A DNA stretch of 64,000 nucleotides from Clostridiales bacterium (GTDB lineage Bacteria > Bacillota > Clostridia > Lachnospirales > Lachnospiraceae), in NCBI GenBank assembly GCA_018374355.1, contig JAHAFI010000006.1, forward strand, positions 19,124-83,123, given 5' to 3'. Below the pieces are notes generated by a model, which was given only the letters and a program-made list of their open reading frames with translations, had not been told where the DNA came from and did not search any database. Position numbers and translations under genes: made by a program. Numbering within the stretch: the stretch's first letter is position 1; every line of letters starts with the position of its first letter. Positions 53,373 to 62,744 of the stretch are shown piece by piece.

Positions 53373-53405
53373 GTAACTATGAGGCCTGAAAGGCTGAATA
53401 GTTAC
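53373..53405 (-). repeat. GTAAC-family 33-bp element
   Basis: GTAACTATGAGG-CCTGAAAGG-CTGAATAGTTAC, 2 nt after ruvX stop. Confidence 0.85.
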
Positions 53406-53407
53406 CT

Positions 53408-53839
53408 TTATCTGTTTCCAAGATAGAGATAATCCAGATAGTTCTGCAGGATGAATATTGCTGCAATTTCATCCACATGTTCTTTCCTGTTTTCTCTCCG
53501 TACTCCGGTTTCCATCAGTACACGGTTCGCTGATACAGTCGTCAGCCGTTCATCCCACATAACAACAGCCAGACCCGTTCTCCTCTCTAAAGCTTTCTTG
53601 AACTCCAGAGATTTCTCAGCCCTGTCTCCCAGTGTATTGTCCATATTCTTTGGTAATCCCAGTACGATCTTTTCAACCTGATACTGTTTCGTCAGTTCTT
53701 CGATTCTTGCCAGCGTCTGACGCAGCTTGTTCTCGTCTTTTCTCCGGATGATCTCTACGCCCTGAGCAGTCAGACCCAGCGGATCGCTGACAGCGACCCC
53801 CACTGTCTTCGATCCGAAATCCAGTCCTAAAATCCTCAT
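53408..53839 (-). CDS. ruvX: YqgF/RuvX nuclease
   Basis: [31 protein letters not shown]. Confidence 0.95.
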   Translation of the reverse strand: MRILGLDFGSKTVGVAVSDPLGLTAQGVEIIRRKDENKLRQTLARIEELTKQYQVEKIVLGLPKNMDNTLGDRAEKSLEFKKALERRTGLAVVMWDERLTTVSANRVLMETGVRRENRKEHVDEIAAIFILQNYLDYLYLGNR

Positions 53840-54108
53840 CACCGGTTCTCCCAAGCTCTGTTTTTAATATACTCTTTCAGAAGTTCCTCCACCAGCTCGT
53901 CCCGCTCTACTTTCATGATCATGCTTCTGGCGCCCTTGTAGCTGGTAATGTAAGTAGGATCACCGGACATAATGTATCCTACGATCTGGTTTACCGGGTT
54001 ATAGCCCTTTTCTTCCATCGCAGTATATACTACATCCAAAACTTCTTTTACCTGTACTTCCGGTTCTGTTTTCACTTTAAAATACTGTGTATTACTTAAA
54101 TTTGCCAT
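53839..54108 (-). CDS. IreB/ReoM family regulatory phosphoprotein
   Basis: [28 protein letters not shown]. Confidence 0.93.
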   Translation of the reverse strand: MANLSNTQYFKVKTEPEVQVKEVLDVVYTAMEEKGYNPVNQIVGYIMSGDPTYITSYKGARSMIMKVERDELVEELLKEYIKNRAWENR

Positions 54109-54191
54109 CTTCTCACGTCCTTGATTATACTTGATATCTATTCTATTCTAATACAGAACATACAAAAATTCAATGAAGAAATTATAACATT

Positions 54192-55514
54192 TTACTGAAT
54201 TTTTCTTCTTCCAAAAAGCAGCTCCGTCTGATAAATTTCTTCAGGTATGACCAAAATCCGCCTGTTTTCCAGATTTTCCTCCGACTTTATTCCTACTTTC
54301 AGGTACTCGGGGGTATGGCCAACCCAGTAATGTTCTCCTTCGATCTCCTGCTGTTCCTCAAACAGTACTTCTTTTTCCTGTCCGAGGAACTGTTCCATAT
54401 ACTTTTTCTGCTGTTCTTTTCCCAGTTCGATCAGTATCCTGCTCCGTTCCTTCTTGACAGACTCCGGAATCTGATCCGGCATCACGGCTGCTTTCGTGCC
54501 TTCCCGTTTGGAATAGGGGAAGATATGGGTCTCGTAAAATCCGATTCCTGCCACAAAGCTTCTGGATTTTTCGAATTCTTCCTCCGTCTCCCCCGGAAAT
54601 CCGGTGATTACATCTGTCGTCAGGGCCGGATTGTCAAAGTATCTGCGCAGAATCCCGCATCTGTGCTGATATTCCTCAGCGCTATAACGGCGGTTCATCC
54701 GCTTTAAAGTCTCTGTACAGCCGCTCTGCAGTGACAGGTGGAAATGGGGGCATACCTTCCAAAGCTTGGAGAGTTCCCTTGCAAATTCCTCGGTAATGAT
54801 TCCCGGTTCCAAAGAACCAAGACGGATTCTCCCAATCCCCTCCACTTCATGAACTGCCTGAATCAGAGTGAGCAGGTTTTCTCCGTCCTCTTTTCTGTCC
54901 ACACCATAAGAGCTTAAATGGATTCCGGTAAGAACCACCTCCTGACAGCCCGAAGCTGCCAGACGTTTTGCTTCCTTCACTACCTCCTCCGTCTTTCTGC
55001 TCCGCACCCGTCCTCTGGCGTAGGGAATCATACAGTAGGTACAGAATTGATTACAGCCGTCCTGTACCTTCATATATGCTCTCGTGTGTTCTTCGGTCCG
55101 GTCAATCTGCAGACCTTCGTATTCTTTCGTATGATTGATATCAATCATTTCTTTTTTTCTGACCCGCTCTCCCTGATACTCTTCCAGAAGAGAAATCAGA
55201 TCCTGTTTTTTATTATTCCCAATGATCAGGTCGATAGACAAATCTTCCTCCGCTTTTTTCTCTCCGGCCTGTACATAGCATCCGGCTGCTACCACAATTG
55301 CCTCGGGATTCATTTTTTTTGCCTTGTGGATCATCTGTCTGGATTTTCTGTCTGCGATATTGGTTACCGTACAGGTGTTGATCACATAGATATCTGCACC
55401 CGGAGCAAAGGGGACAATTTCATAGCCGGCAGACTCCAGCATCTGCTGCATGGCTTCTGTCTCATAGGCATTCACTTTGCATCCCAGATTGTGCAGCGCA
55501 ACTTTTTTCTGCAT
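54192..55514 (-). CDS. mtaB: tRNA ms2t6A methylthiotransferase
   Basis: LGCKVNAYE, NTCTVT, CNQFCTYC, TRAM domain; start moved to 55514. Confidence 0.94.
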   Translation of the reverse strand: MQKKVALHNLGCKVNAYETEAMQQMLESAGYEIVPFAPGADIYVINTCTVTNIADRKSRQMIHKAKKMNPEAIVVAAGCYVQAGEKKAEEDLSIDLIIGNNKKQDLISLLEEYQGERVRKKEMIDINHTKEYEGLQIDRTEEHTRAYMKVQDGCNQFCTYCMIPYARGRVRSRKTEEVVKEAKRLAASGCQEVVLTGIHLSSYGVDRKEDGENLLTLIQAVHEVEGIGRIRLGSLEPGIITEEFARELSKLWKVCPHFHLSLQSGCTETLKRMNRRYSAEEYQHRCGILRRYFDNPALTTDVITGFPGETEEEFEKSRSFVAGIGFYETHIFPYSKREGTKAAVMPDQIPESVKKERSRILIELGKEQQKKYMEQFLGQEKEVLFEEQQEIEGEHYWVGHTPEYLKVGIKSEENLENRRILVIPEEIYQTELLFGRRKIQ

Positions 55515-55688
55515 TTTCTGTTCCCGCCTCTTTCTTTTCGTTATTTTATTACTGTTCACTCCGTTCACAGCAACGATTTACTTCATTTTACGTAATCTTT
55601 ATATGCTTTCATCTTGACTTTTAATTCCCGAAAAGGTAAGATTATCTTAGTTAAAAAATAATTTTCTTTATTTTGGGAGGAATATAAT

Positions 55689-55922
55689 ATGAAAACAGTC
55701 AGCATTTCACTTAATTCTATTGACAAAGTTAAAGCTTTTGTAAATGATATTTCCAAATATGATTTTGATTTTGACCTTGTATCCGGCAGATATGTGATCG
55801 ACGCAAAATCTATCATGGGAATCTTCAGCTTAGATCTCTCCAAACCGATCGATCTGAACATCCACGCTGAAGGCGCTCATCTGGAAAATGTACTCACTGT
55901 ACTGAGTCCTTATATCATCTAA
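55689..55922 (+). CDS. HPr-family protein lacking the His15 motif
   Basis: IDAKSIMG Ser46 motif; GGGAGG RBS; no GLHARP. Confidence 0.85.
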   Translation: MKTVSISLNSIDKVKAFVNDISKYDFDFDLVSGRYVIDAKSIMGIFSLDLSKPIDLNIHAEGAHLENVLTVLSPYII

Positions 55923-55940
55923 TTTAACAGAGTATGAATC

Positions 55941-55971
55941 AAAGGCCGCTGCATCCTGCAGCGGCCTTTTT
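55941..55971. terminator. Bidirectional terminator
   Basis: AAAGGCCGCTGCA-TCC-TGCAGCGGCCTTT. Confidence 0.85.
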
Positions 55972-55983
55972 CACTGCATCCCC

Positions 55984-57162
55984 TTATTCCACTCGGATCA
56001 ATTCAGCAGTCTTTACCGCCTCTTCCAGCATTTCATCGATCTTTTCCGCAAGATTTAATTCGGATTTTTTGATCATATTGATATTCGGTTTCGTTACCGG
56101 ATGCTTTGCGACGAAAATCGTACAGCAGTCTTCATAGGGTTGGATTGAAGTTTCGTAGGTATTGATTTTTAAGGAAATATCGACAATTTCCTGTTTGTCA
56201 AATCCGATGACCGGACGGAATACCGGCATGGTACATACTTCATTGGTGGCTGCAAGGCTCTGTACGGTCTGGCTTGCAACCTGTCCGATACTTTCTCCTG
56301 TGATCAGCCCCAGACAACCTGTTTCTTTTCCAATCTGCTCCGCAATTTTCATCATATAGCGGCGCATAATGATGGTCAGCTCGTCATGAGGACATTTATC
56401 GTAGATGTAAAGCTGGATATCGGTAAAATTCACCACGTGAAGGTTGATAGGGCCGCTGTATCGTGCCACTAATTTTGCCAGATCAACCACTTTCTGTTTT
56501 GCCCGCTCACTGGTATACGGCGGTGCATGGAAATAAACTGCATCAATCTTTACGCCACGTTTTGCAATCATATATCCCGCTACCGGACTGTCGATTCCAC
56601 CGGACAGAAGAAGCATAGCTTTTCCATTTGTACCGATGGGCATACCTCCCGGTCCCGGAATGGACTCGGAATAAATGTAGATCTTATCACGGATTTCCAC
56701 TGTAAGCAGGATATCCGGGTTGTGTACGTCTACCCGCATCTCTGGAAAAGCATCCAGAATCCTTCCGCCCAGTTCAGCATTCAGTTCCATGGAGGTTCCG
56801 GGATACGTCTTTTTCGCACGGCGCACATGTACCTTAAAGGTTTTATTTTTATCTGCATATACGTGATCCACGTATTCTACCACATCTTTGGCTAACTGTT
56901 CCAGACCTGCATCCTCCAGAATGACTACCGGACAGATATATGCGATACCGAACACTCTCTTCAAAGCTTCCACGGTCTCATCGTAATCAAATTCACCTTC
57001 TGTTCTCACATAGATTCTTCCCTGCTCTTTGGAAACCCGGAAGGTTCCTTCCACTTCTTTCAGAACGTATACCATCTGACGGATCAGTGCGTCTTCAAAA
57101 AGATATCTGTTTTTTCCTTTTATTCCAATTTCTGCGTATTTCACCAAAAAAGCTTTAAACAT
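55984..57162 (-). CDS. thiI: tRNA 4-thiouridine synthase
   Basis: THUMP, LLSGGIDSPVA, GQVASQT, EDCC. Confidence 0.95.
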   Translation of the reverse strand: MFKAFLVKYAEIGIKGKNRYLFEDALIRQMVYVLKEVEGTFRVSKEQGRIYVRTEGEFDYDETVEALKRVFGIAYICPVVILEDAGLEQLAKDVVEYVDHVYADKNKTFKVHVRRAKKTYPGTSMELNAELGGRILDAFPEMRVDVHNPDILLTVEIRDKIYIYSESIPGPGGMPIGTNGKAMLLLSGGIDSPVAGYMIAKRGVKIDAVYFHAPPYTSERAKQKVVDLAKLVARYSGPINLHVVNFTDIQLYIYDKCPHDELTIIMRRYMMKIAEQIGKETGCLGLITGESIGQVASQTVQSLAATNEVCTMPVFRPVIGFDKQEIVDISLKINTYETSIQPYEDCCTIFVAKHPVTKPNINMIKKSELNLAEKIDEMLEEAVKTAELIRVE

Positions 57163-57173
57163 TGCTTCCTCCT

Positions 57174-58328
57174 TTATCTTCTCGCATACCGGCGCAGCAT
57201 AGGCAGTACCTCTTTCAGTACCTCCAGCGTATAATCCAGTTCTTCCTTTGTAGTCATTTCACAGAAGCTGAACCGCACCGTAGATTCCATCTGTTCTTTC
57301 GGCAGTCCGATGGCCGTCAGTGTGGGGCTTTTGCTTCTTTTGTGGGTAGAGCAGGCGCTTCCGGCAGATACATAGATCTGACGGTCCTCCAGTGTGTGAA
57401 GAAGCACTTCGCTGCGCACTCCCACAAAGGCCGCACTGACAATATGAGGAGCTCCTTCCTCTCCCTTCATTCCGTGAACAACCACCTGTTCCATTTTGCT
57501 CAGTTCTTCCACAAAATATGCCCGCAGCTTTCTCATATGGGCCACATTTTCTTCCAGATTGCTGTAAATTTTTTCCGCTGCTGCTCCCAGACCTGCCGCT
57601 CCCGGCACCGGATCCGTCCCGGAACGCATTCCTCTCTGCTGGCCGCCTCCATAGATATACGGGAGTATTTTTATCTTCTCATTGACATATAAAAATCCAA
57701 TCCCCTTAGGGCCATGAATTTTATGACCGCTGACTGACAAAAGATCGATCTGCATCTTCTTAGGCAGAATTCTGTATTTTCCATATGCCTGAATGGCATC
57801 CACATGGAAACAGGTCTTAGGATTTTTCTTTTTGATCAATTCTCCGATCTCTGCAATGGGCGCAGCCGCACCGATTTCATTGTTCACAAACATCACGGAA
57901 ACGAGAATGGTTTCCGGCGTGATAGCCTGTTCCAGTTCTTCCAGCGAAATTCTTCCTTCCCCGTCCACGCCCAGCCGGGTCACGGTAAAGCCCTGCTGTT
58001 CCAGATATTCGATGGGAGCGGATACCGCCGGATGCTCCATACAGGTGGTGATGATGTGTTTTCCGGTTCTCTGGTTTGCCAGAGCCGTACCGATCAGCGC
58101 CCAGTTGTCTGATTCGGTTCCTCCTGAGGTAAAATAAATCTCCTTCTCATTCACCTTCATGGTCTTTGCGATCCGGGACAAGGCCTCTTTCAGATACCGT
58201 TCTCCCTCCACACCCTTTTGATGCATGGAGGACGGATTCCCGTAGTCCTCCATCATGGTCTTTACCACCACATCCCGCACCTCCTCATAGCAACGGGTTG
58301 TAGCGGAATTATCTAAATATGCTTCCAC
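57174..58328 (-). CDS. Cysteine desulfurase (IscS/NifZ-like, ThiI partner)
   Basis: YLDNSATT, GNPSS, SGHKIHGPKG, GSACS. Confidence 0.93.
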   Translation of the reverse strand: MEAYLDNSATTRCYEEVRDVVVKTMMEDYGNPSSMHQKGVEGERYLKEALSRIAKTMKVNEKEIYFTSGGTESDNWALIGTALANQRTGKHIITTCMEHPAVSAPIEYLEQQGFTVTRLGVDGEGRISLEELEQAITPETILVSVMFVNNEIGAAAPIAEIGELIKKKNPKTCFHVDAIQAYGKYRILPKKMQIDLLSVSGHKIHGPKGIGFLYVNEKIKILPYIYGGGQQRGMRSGTDPVPGAAGLGAAAEKIYSNLEENVAHMRKLRAYFVEELSKMEQVVVHGMKGEEGAPHIVSAAFVGVRSEVLLHTLEDRQIYVSAGSACSTHKRSKSPTLTAIGLPKEQMESTVRFSFCEMTTKEELDYTLEVLKEVLPMLRRYARR

Positions 58329-58356
58329 TTGTTCTTCCTTTCCATACAGCCGATAT

Positions 58357-59109
58357 TTAACTTTTCCGGCTTTCCAGTGTAAACATCAGTATTGACAGCA
58401 TGGTCAGTCCTGCAGTCTCCGTCCGCAGGATCCGTTTCCCCAAAGTTACCGGTCTTACTTGATGCTCCAGCGCCAGCTCCACTTCTTCCGGCGCAAATCC
58501 ACCCTCCGGGCCGATAAAAATCCCTATAGACTGTCCCGGCTGGATTTTTTCTATTATCTCTCTGGTATGTGCCATATCCTCAGCCAATTCATAGGGAATC
58601 AGCCGAACATCCAGCATTTCCGCATATTCTAACGCCTGCGAAAATTTCATCACCGGATGGACCTGCGGAATCAGCATCCGCTTGGACTGTTTGGCCGCGC
58701 TCTCTGAAATCCCCTGCCAGCGTTTGATTTTCGCCGCCTCTTTTTTCCCATCCAGTTTCACCACTGCCCGCTTGGTTTCCACGGGAATGATCTCATAAAC
58801 TCCCAGCTCCACAGCCTTCTGTATGATCAGTTCCATCTTATCACTTTTGGGGAGTCCCTGAAACAGATAGATTTTTGATGGCAGCTCCATCCCCGCTTCC
58901 TCCACAGACTGCACCGAGACCAGAATTTCTTCCTGTCCCAGCGATGCAATCTCACAGGTATATTCCTCTTCTTCCCCTGCACTGATCAGGATTTCTTCCC
59001 CGATTTTCATGCGGAGTACATTCTTTATGTGATTTACATCGTTTCCGGTAATGCAAATCTGCTTATTTTCCATATCCACCTGATCCCGGTGCACAAAAAA
59101 ACGATGCAT
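58357..59109 (-). CDS. rsmE: 16S rRNA m3U1498 methyltransferase
   Basis: HIKNVLR, KAVELG, IGPEGG, LGKRILRTETA. Confidence 0.95.
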   Translation of the reverse strand: MHRFFVHRDQVDMENKQICITGNDVNHIKNVLRMKIGEEILISAGEEEEYTCEIASLGQEEILVSVQSVEEAGMELPSKIYLFQGLPKSDKMELIIQKAVELGVYEIIPVETKRAVVKLDGKKEAAKIKRWQGISESAAKQSKRMLIPQVHPVMKFSQALEYAEMLDVRLIPYELAEDMAHTREIIEKIQPGQSIGIFIGPEGGFAPEEVELALEHQVRPVTLGKRILRTETAGLTMLSILMFTLESRKS

Positions 59110-59111
59110 CT

Positions 59112-60101
59112 TTACGCCTGCTTTCTGGCGGTTACGGATACCCACTCGCCCTGATAGGTCACTTCCACAATTTCCAGTCCTGCTGCCTTCACAGCTTCCA
59201 CCACAGTTGTCTCTTTATCATCGATAATTCCCGAGGTGATATAAATTCCGCCCGGTTTCATCTGATTGACAATCACCGGGGTAAGGGGAACCAGAACATC
59301 CGCCAGAATATTTGCCACTACGATATCGTATTTTTCATAGCCTATCTGATCCTGTACCTCTTTATCATCGATGATATTCCCGATCATCATTTGGAAATCT
59401 TCTGTGGGAATACCGTTTACTTCCTTATTCTCTTCCACTGCCGGCACCGCACAGGGGTCTAAATCCGTTCCAATAGCATGTTTTGCCCCCATTTTCAATG
59501 CAATAATGGACAAAATTCCGCTTCCAGTCCCCACATCCAGTAATTCTGTCTCCGGCGTCACATATTTTTTCAATTGACGGATACAAAGCTGGGTTGTCTC
59601 ATGCATACCGGTTCCAAAGGCTGTACCCGGATCGATGTGAATGATCATCTTATCCTTATCCTCCGGCTTCACCTCTTCCCATGAGGGAATAATCAGGATA
59701 TCATCCACATAAAACTGTTTAAAATACTGTTTCCAGTTATTGATCCAGTCGATATCCTCCGTTTCATCCACGGCAATGCTTCCCTCACCGATAGGGCAGA
59801 ACATTCGAAGTCCCTCCAGCTCCTCCTTGACGGATGCCAGAATTTCCGCTTCTGTCACAGGTGATCCGTTCATCATCAGCGTACCGTCCTCGGCTTCCTC
59901 CACGAAAAAGCTTAAATAAGCGATTCCGTCATCCTCCGGTCCCTCCGGAAGAATGTCCACAAACATCTGCTCCTTCTCCATGGCTGTCAGGGGAACCTTA
60001 TCCTCGATCTGCGCGCCTTCCAATCCGATATCATACAGGGTACTGATAATGATATCCTCCGCTTCTGTTGTTGTTTTTATTCTGAATTTCTTCCACTTCA
60101 T
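59112..60101 (-). CDS. prmA: Ribosomal protein L11 methyltransferase
   Basis: DPGTAFGTGMHETT, DVGTGSG, ANILA, SGII. Confidence 0.95.
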   Translation of the reverse strand: MKWKKFRIKTTTEAEDIIISTLYDIGLEGAQIEDKVPLTAMEKEQMFVDILPEGPEDDGIAYLSFFVEEAEDGTLMMNGSPVTEAEILASVKEELEGLRMFCPIGEGSIAVDETEDIDWINNWKQYFKQFYVDDILIIPSWEEVKPEDKDKMIIHIDPGTAFGTGMHETTQLCIRQLKKYVTPETELLDVGTGSGILSIIALKMGAKHAIGTDLDPCAVPAVEENKEVNGIPTEDFQMMIGNIIDDKEVQDQIGYEKYDIVVANILADVLVPLTPVIVNQMKPGGIYITSGIIDDKETTVVEAVKAAGLEIVEVTYQGEWVSVTARKQA

Positions 60102-60131
60102 TCTTTTCACCTCATAAAATCATATATTTGA

Positions 60132-60196
60132 TTCCCGGGATTGCCTTGCGTTTGCAAGGCAACACCTCGCGGAACAATAATCTCCTAAACAGTTAC
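60132..60196 (-). repeat. GTAAC-family arm plus GC hairpin
   Basis: GAACAATAATCTCCTAAACAGTTAC (60172-60196) is 20/25 identical to 61427-61451; adjacent TTGCCTTGC/GCAAGGCAA stem. Confidence 0.7.
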
Positions 60197-60205
60197 GATT
60201 CCTTC

Positions 60206-61129
60206 CTACAGAAAGAAGGACACGACGGTTACCGTCACCAATGACAATAGAGTTGTCAGGAGGATGCCTTTTGACATCACCTCGCATTCCATGTCGTACT
60301 GCTTTGCCAGCATCAGCGGCATATTTGCCACCGGCATGGCAAGAATCAGTACACTGGCCTCCACCATCATGGTATTCGAGAATACCTGTTTCAAAACCAG
60401 AGCTGCCAGAACCGGAATTACAATCTGACGGATCAAAATAAACAGATACAATCTGGGAACCGTAAATATTTCTTTCACCTTCATCTGGGACAGGGTTGCT
60501 CCCAGCACCAGCATGGACAGGAAAGTGGTACATCTTCCGGTGTAGGATAAGCTGTCTGCCACCACTGTGGGCATGGGAATCCGAAACCAGAAAATAACCA
60601 CAGTCAGAATCGCTGCAATCGTTCCGATATTAATAAAATTTTTCCAGACTCCGCCTTTTTCTCCCGAAGCTCCGACAGGATGCAGAATATAAATGCCATG
60701 GGTATAAATCAGAAGATTGAAGAACAGGACAAATACCGTCACATAAATGACCGCCGCGCTTCCCAGCACCGCCGATACCACCGGAATCCCGATAAATCCT
60801 ATATTTCCATAAACAGTCATCATGTTGTAAAACCGCCGTTCCTCAAGAGGCGCTTTCATCAGCACAGGAAGTACAAACCCCAGAAGAATCAGCCCCAGAA
60901 AAACCACTGCCGCAATCCCTGCCGTAACCAGAATATCCTGCCGGGTAGCCGTAGTTGTTTCATCAAATGCGCTGGACAGCATAATGGCCGGATTGCACAC
61001 CATCGTAATCAAAGATGAAATGTCTTTGCTGCTGCCCTGACTGCACCACCCTTTTTTAAATACGATGGTGCCAATCCCAATCAGGACAAAAATCACCAGC
61101 ATCTGCTGGAAAACCACTGCTGTGCTCAT
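60206..61129 (-). CDS. AEC (auxin efflux carrier) family membrane transporter
   Basis: GNIGFIGIP; ~10 TM; AMPVA; start moved to 61129. Confidence 0.88.
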   Translation of the reverse strand: MSTAVVFQQMLVIFVLIGIGTIVFKKGWCSQGSSKDISSLITMVCNPAIMLSSAFDETTTATRQDILVTAGIAAVVFLGLILLGFVLPVLMKAPLEERRFYNMMTVYGNIGFIGIPVVSAVLGSAAVIYVTVFVLFFNLLIYTHGIYILHPVGASGEKGGVWKNFINIGTIAAILTVVIFWFRIPMPTVVADSLSYTGRCTTFLSMLVLGATLSQMKVKEIFTVPRLYLFILIRQIVIPVLAALVLKQVFSNTMMVEASVLILAMPVANMPLMLAKQYDMECEVMSKGILLTTLLSLVTVTVVSFFL

Positions 61130-61196
61130 ATTTCCTACCCCACAACCTTCCACATTTTTTTACATCATTATTCTGGATTTTACCCGATAATGTATA

Positions 61197-61225
61197 ACTA
61201 TAACGGAAAATCTTTGAAAGTGCAA
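61197..61225 (-). promoter_or_regulatory. Putative sigma-A promoter of AEC transporter
   Basis: TTGCAC-17-TATAGT. Confidence 0.55.
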
Positions 61226-61293
61226 CAGGAAAACGATGTTCCCGTTCAAGTACGTGATTGTAAAAGGCTGAACTATCATCAAGTACATCCCAG

Positions 61294-61365
61294 AAAAAAT
61301 ACGCAGGAAATACGGCAGACAGGAATCCTTTCATGGGGCATCCCGATTCTGCAGCATCTCCTGCG
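61294..61365 (-). terminator. Long hairpin/terminator after dnaJ
   Basis: CGCAGGAGATGCTGCAGA...TCTGCCGTATTTCCTGCG followed by TATTTTTT. Confidence 0.65.
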
Positions 61366-61393
61366 ATACATTTCAAACCTTCTTTTCCGTTTT

Positions 61394-61451
61394 GTAACTA
61401 TGAAGGACTCTGTTCTTCATAGTCACGAACAGTGACCTTCTGAACAGTTAC
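61394..61451 (-). repeat. GTAAC-family composite element
   Basis: GTAACTATGAAG-GACTCTGTT-CTTCATAGTCAC (33 bp) plus GAACAGTGACCTT-CTGAACAGTTAC; 6 nt after dnaJ stop. Confidence 0.85.
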
Positions 61452-61457
61452 TCCGCT

Positions 61458-62636
61458 TTAATCTTCAAAGGTCTCTTTTAATTTGTCCATAAATCTTTTT
61501 TTCTTCTCTTTTTCCGGAGCCTTTGCCGGACGGTTGCCGCAGGCCGCATCGTAAGAACGCAGGGCTTCCTTCGCCTCCTCGGACAGCTTTGTAGGTACCT
61601 GTACCACCAGAGTAACGTAATGATCACCCCGTACGTTTTTATTTCTCAGGGAAGGTACGCCTTTTCCTCTCAGACGGATTTTTGTATCGGTCTGGGTTCC
61701 CGGTTTCACTTCATATTCCACCTCTCCGTCAACCGTACTGATACGGATGGTTCCGCCCAGCGCTGCCTGTGGGAAAGTGATCGGTGCGGTAGAGAAGATG
61801 TTCATATCCTGTCTCTGGAAAATCGGATGACGAGCTACCTGTACTTCTACCAGCAGGTCTCCTCTCGGTCCTCCGTTCGTACCCGGCTCTCCTTTTTCAC
61901 GGATACGGATGCTCTGTCCGTCATCGATACCGGCCGGAATGGATACCTGTATTTTCTTTCTGCTGGATGTAAATCCGGTTCCGCGGCAGTCAGTACATTT
62001 TTCCTTGACCACTTTTCCTGTTCCGTTACATTCCGGACAAGTCTGTACATTTCTCATCATGCCGAACATGGACTGCTGAGTATATACCACCTGACCGGAG
62101 CCGTTACATTTCGGACAGGTTTCCGGAGAAGTACCCGGTTTTGCCCCGGTTCCGTTACAGGTCTTACATGTATCTTTCAACGTCAGCTCCAGCTCCTTCT
62201 CGCAGCCAAAAACGGCTTCCTGAAAGGTAATATGAACCACTGCTCTTAAATTTGCACCCTTCATAGGCCCGTTGTTTGCTCTTCTTCCGGTTCTTCCGCC
62301 GCCGAACAGATCGCCGAAAATATCACCGAAGATATCACCCATATCTCCGCCGTTAAAGTCAAAACCGCCAAAGCCGCCGAAACCGCCCGCTCCACCGGCT
62401 CCGCCATTTTCAAAAGCGGCATGGCCGAACTGGTCATAGGTTTTCCGTTTTTCAGGATCGCTCAAGATTCCGTAAGCTTCTGTCGCCTCTTTAAATTTCT
62501 GTTCCGCTTCTTTATCTCCCGGGTTCATATCAGGATGATACTTTTTGGCCAGCTTTCGATATGCCTTTTTCAAAGTCGCATCATCAGCTCCGCGGTCAAC
62601 CCCCAGAACCTCATAGTAATCTCTTTTATCTGCCAT
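61458..62636 (-). CDS. dnaJ: Chaperone DnaJ
   Basis: HPD motif, G/F region, four CxxCxGxG. Confidence 0.98.
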   Translation of the reverse strand: MADKRDYYEVLGVDRGADDATLKKAYRKLAKKYHPDMNPGDKEAEQKFKEATEAYGILSDPEKRKTYDQFGHAAFENGGAGGAGGFGGFGGFDFNGGDMGDIFGDIFGDLFGGGRTGRRANNGPMKGANLRAVVHITFQEAVFGCEKELELTLKDTCKTCNGTGAKPGTSPETCPKCNGSGQVVYTQQSMFGMMRNVQTCPECNGTGKVVKEKCTDCRGTGFTSSRKKIQVSIPAGIDDGQSIRIREKGEPGTNGGPRGDLLVEVQVARHPIFQRQDMNIFSTAPITFPQAALGGTIRISTVDGEVEYEVKPGTQTDTKIRLRGKGVPSLRNKNVRGDHYVTLVVQVPTKLSEEAKEALRSYDAACGNRPAKAPEKEKKKRFMDKLKETFED

Positions 62637-62744
62637 TTTTCTTCACCTTTATGCTTATTTTTACGGCTTCAAGGACGGAGACGCCTGCCGCATCCCCGTC
62701 CCTTCCAGTCTTATCTCTTTCAGGTACTCCCTGATCCTGAGTTA

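Noticed and set aside
60120..60533. 137-aa same-strand alternative-frame ORF
   Set aside because: Overlaps the AEC transporter in another frame; no motifs or RBS
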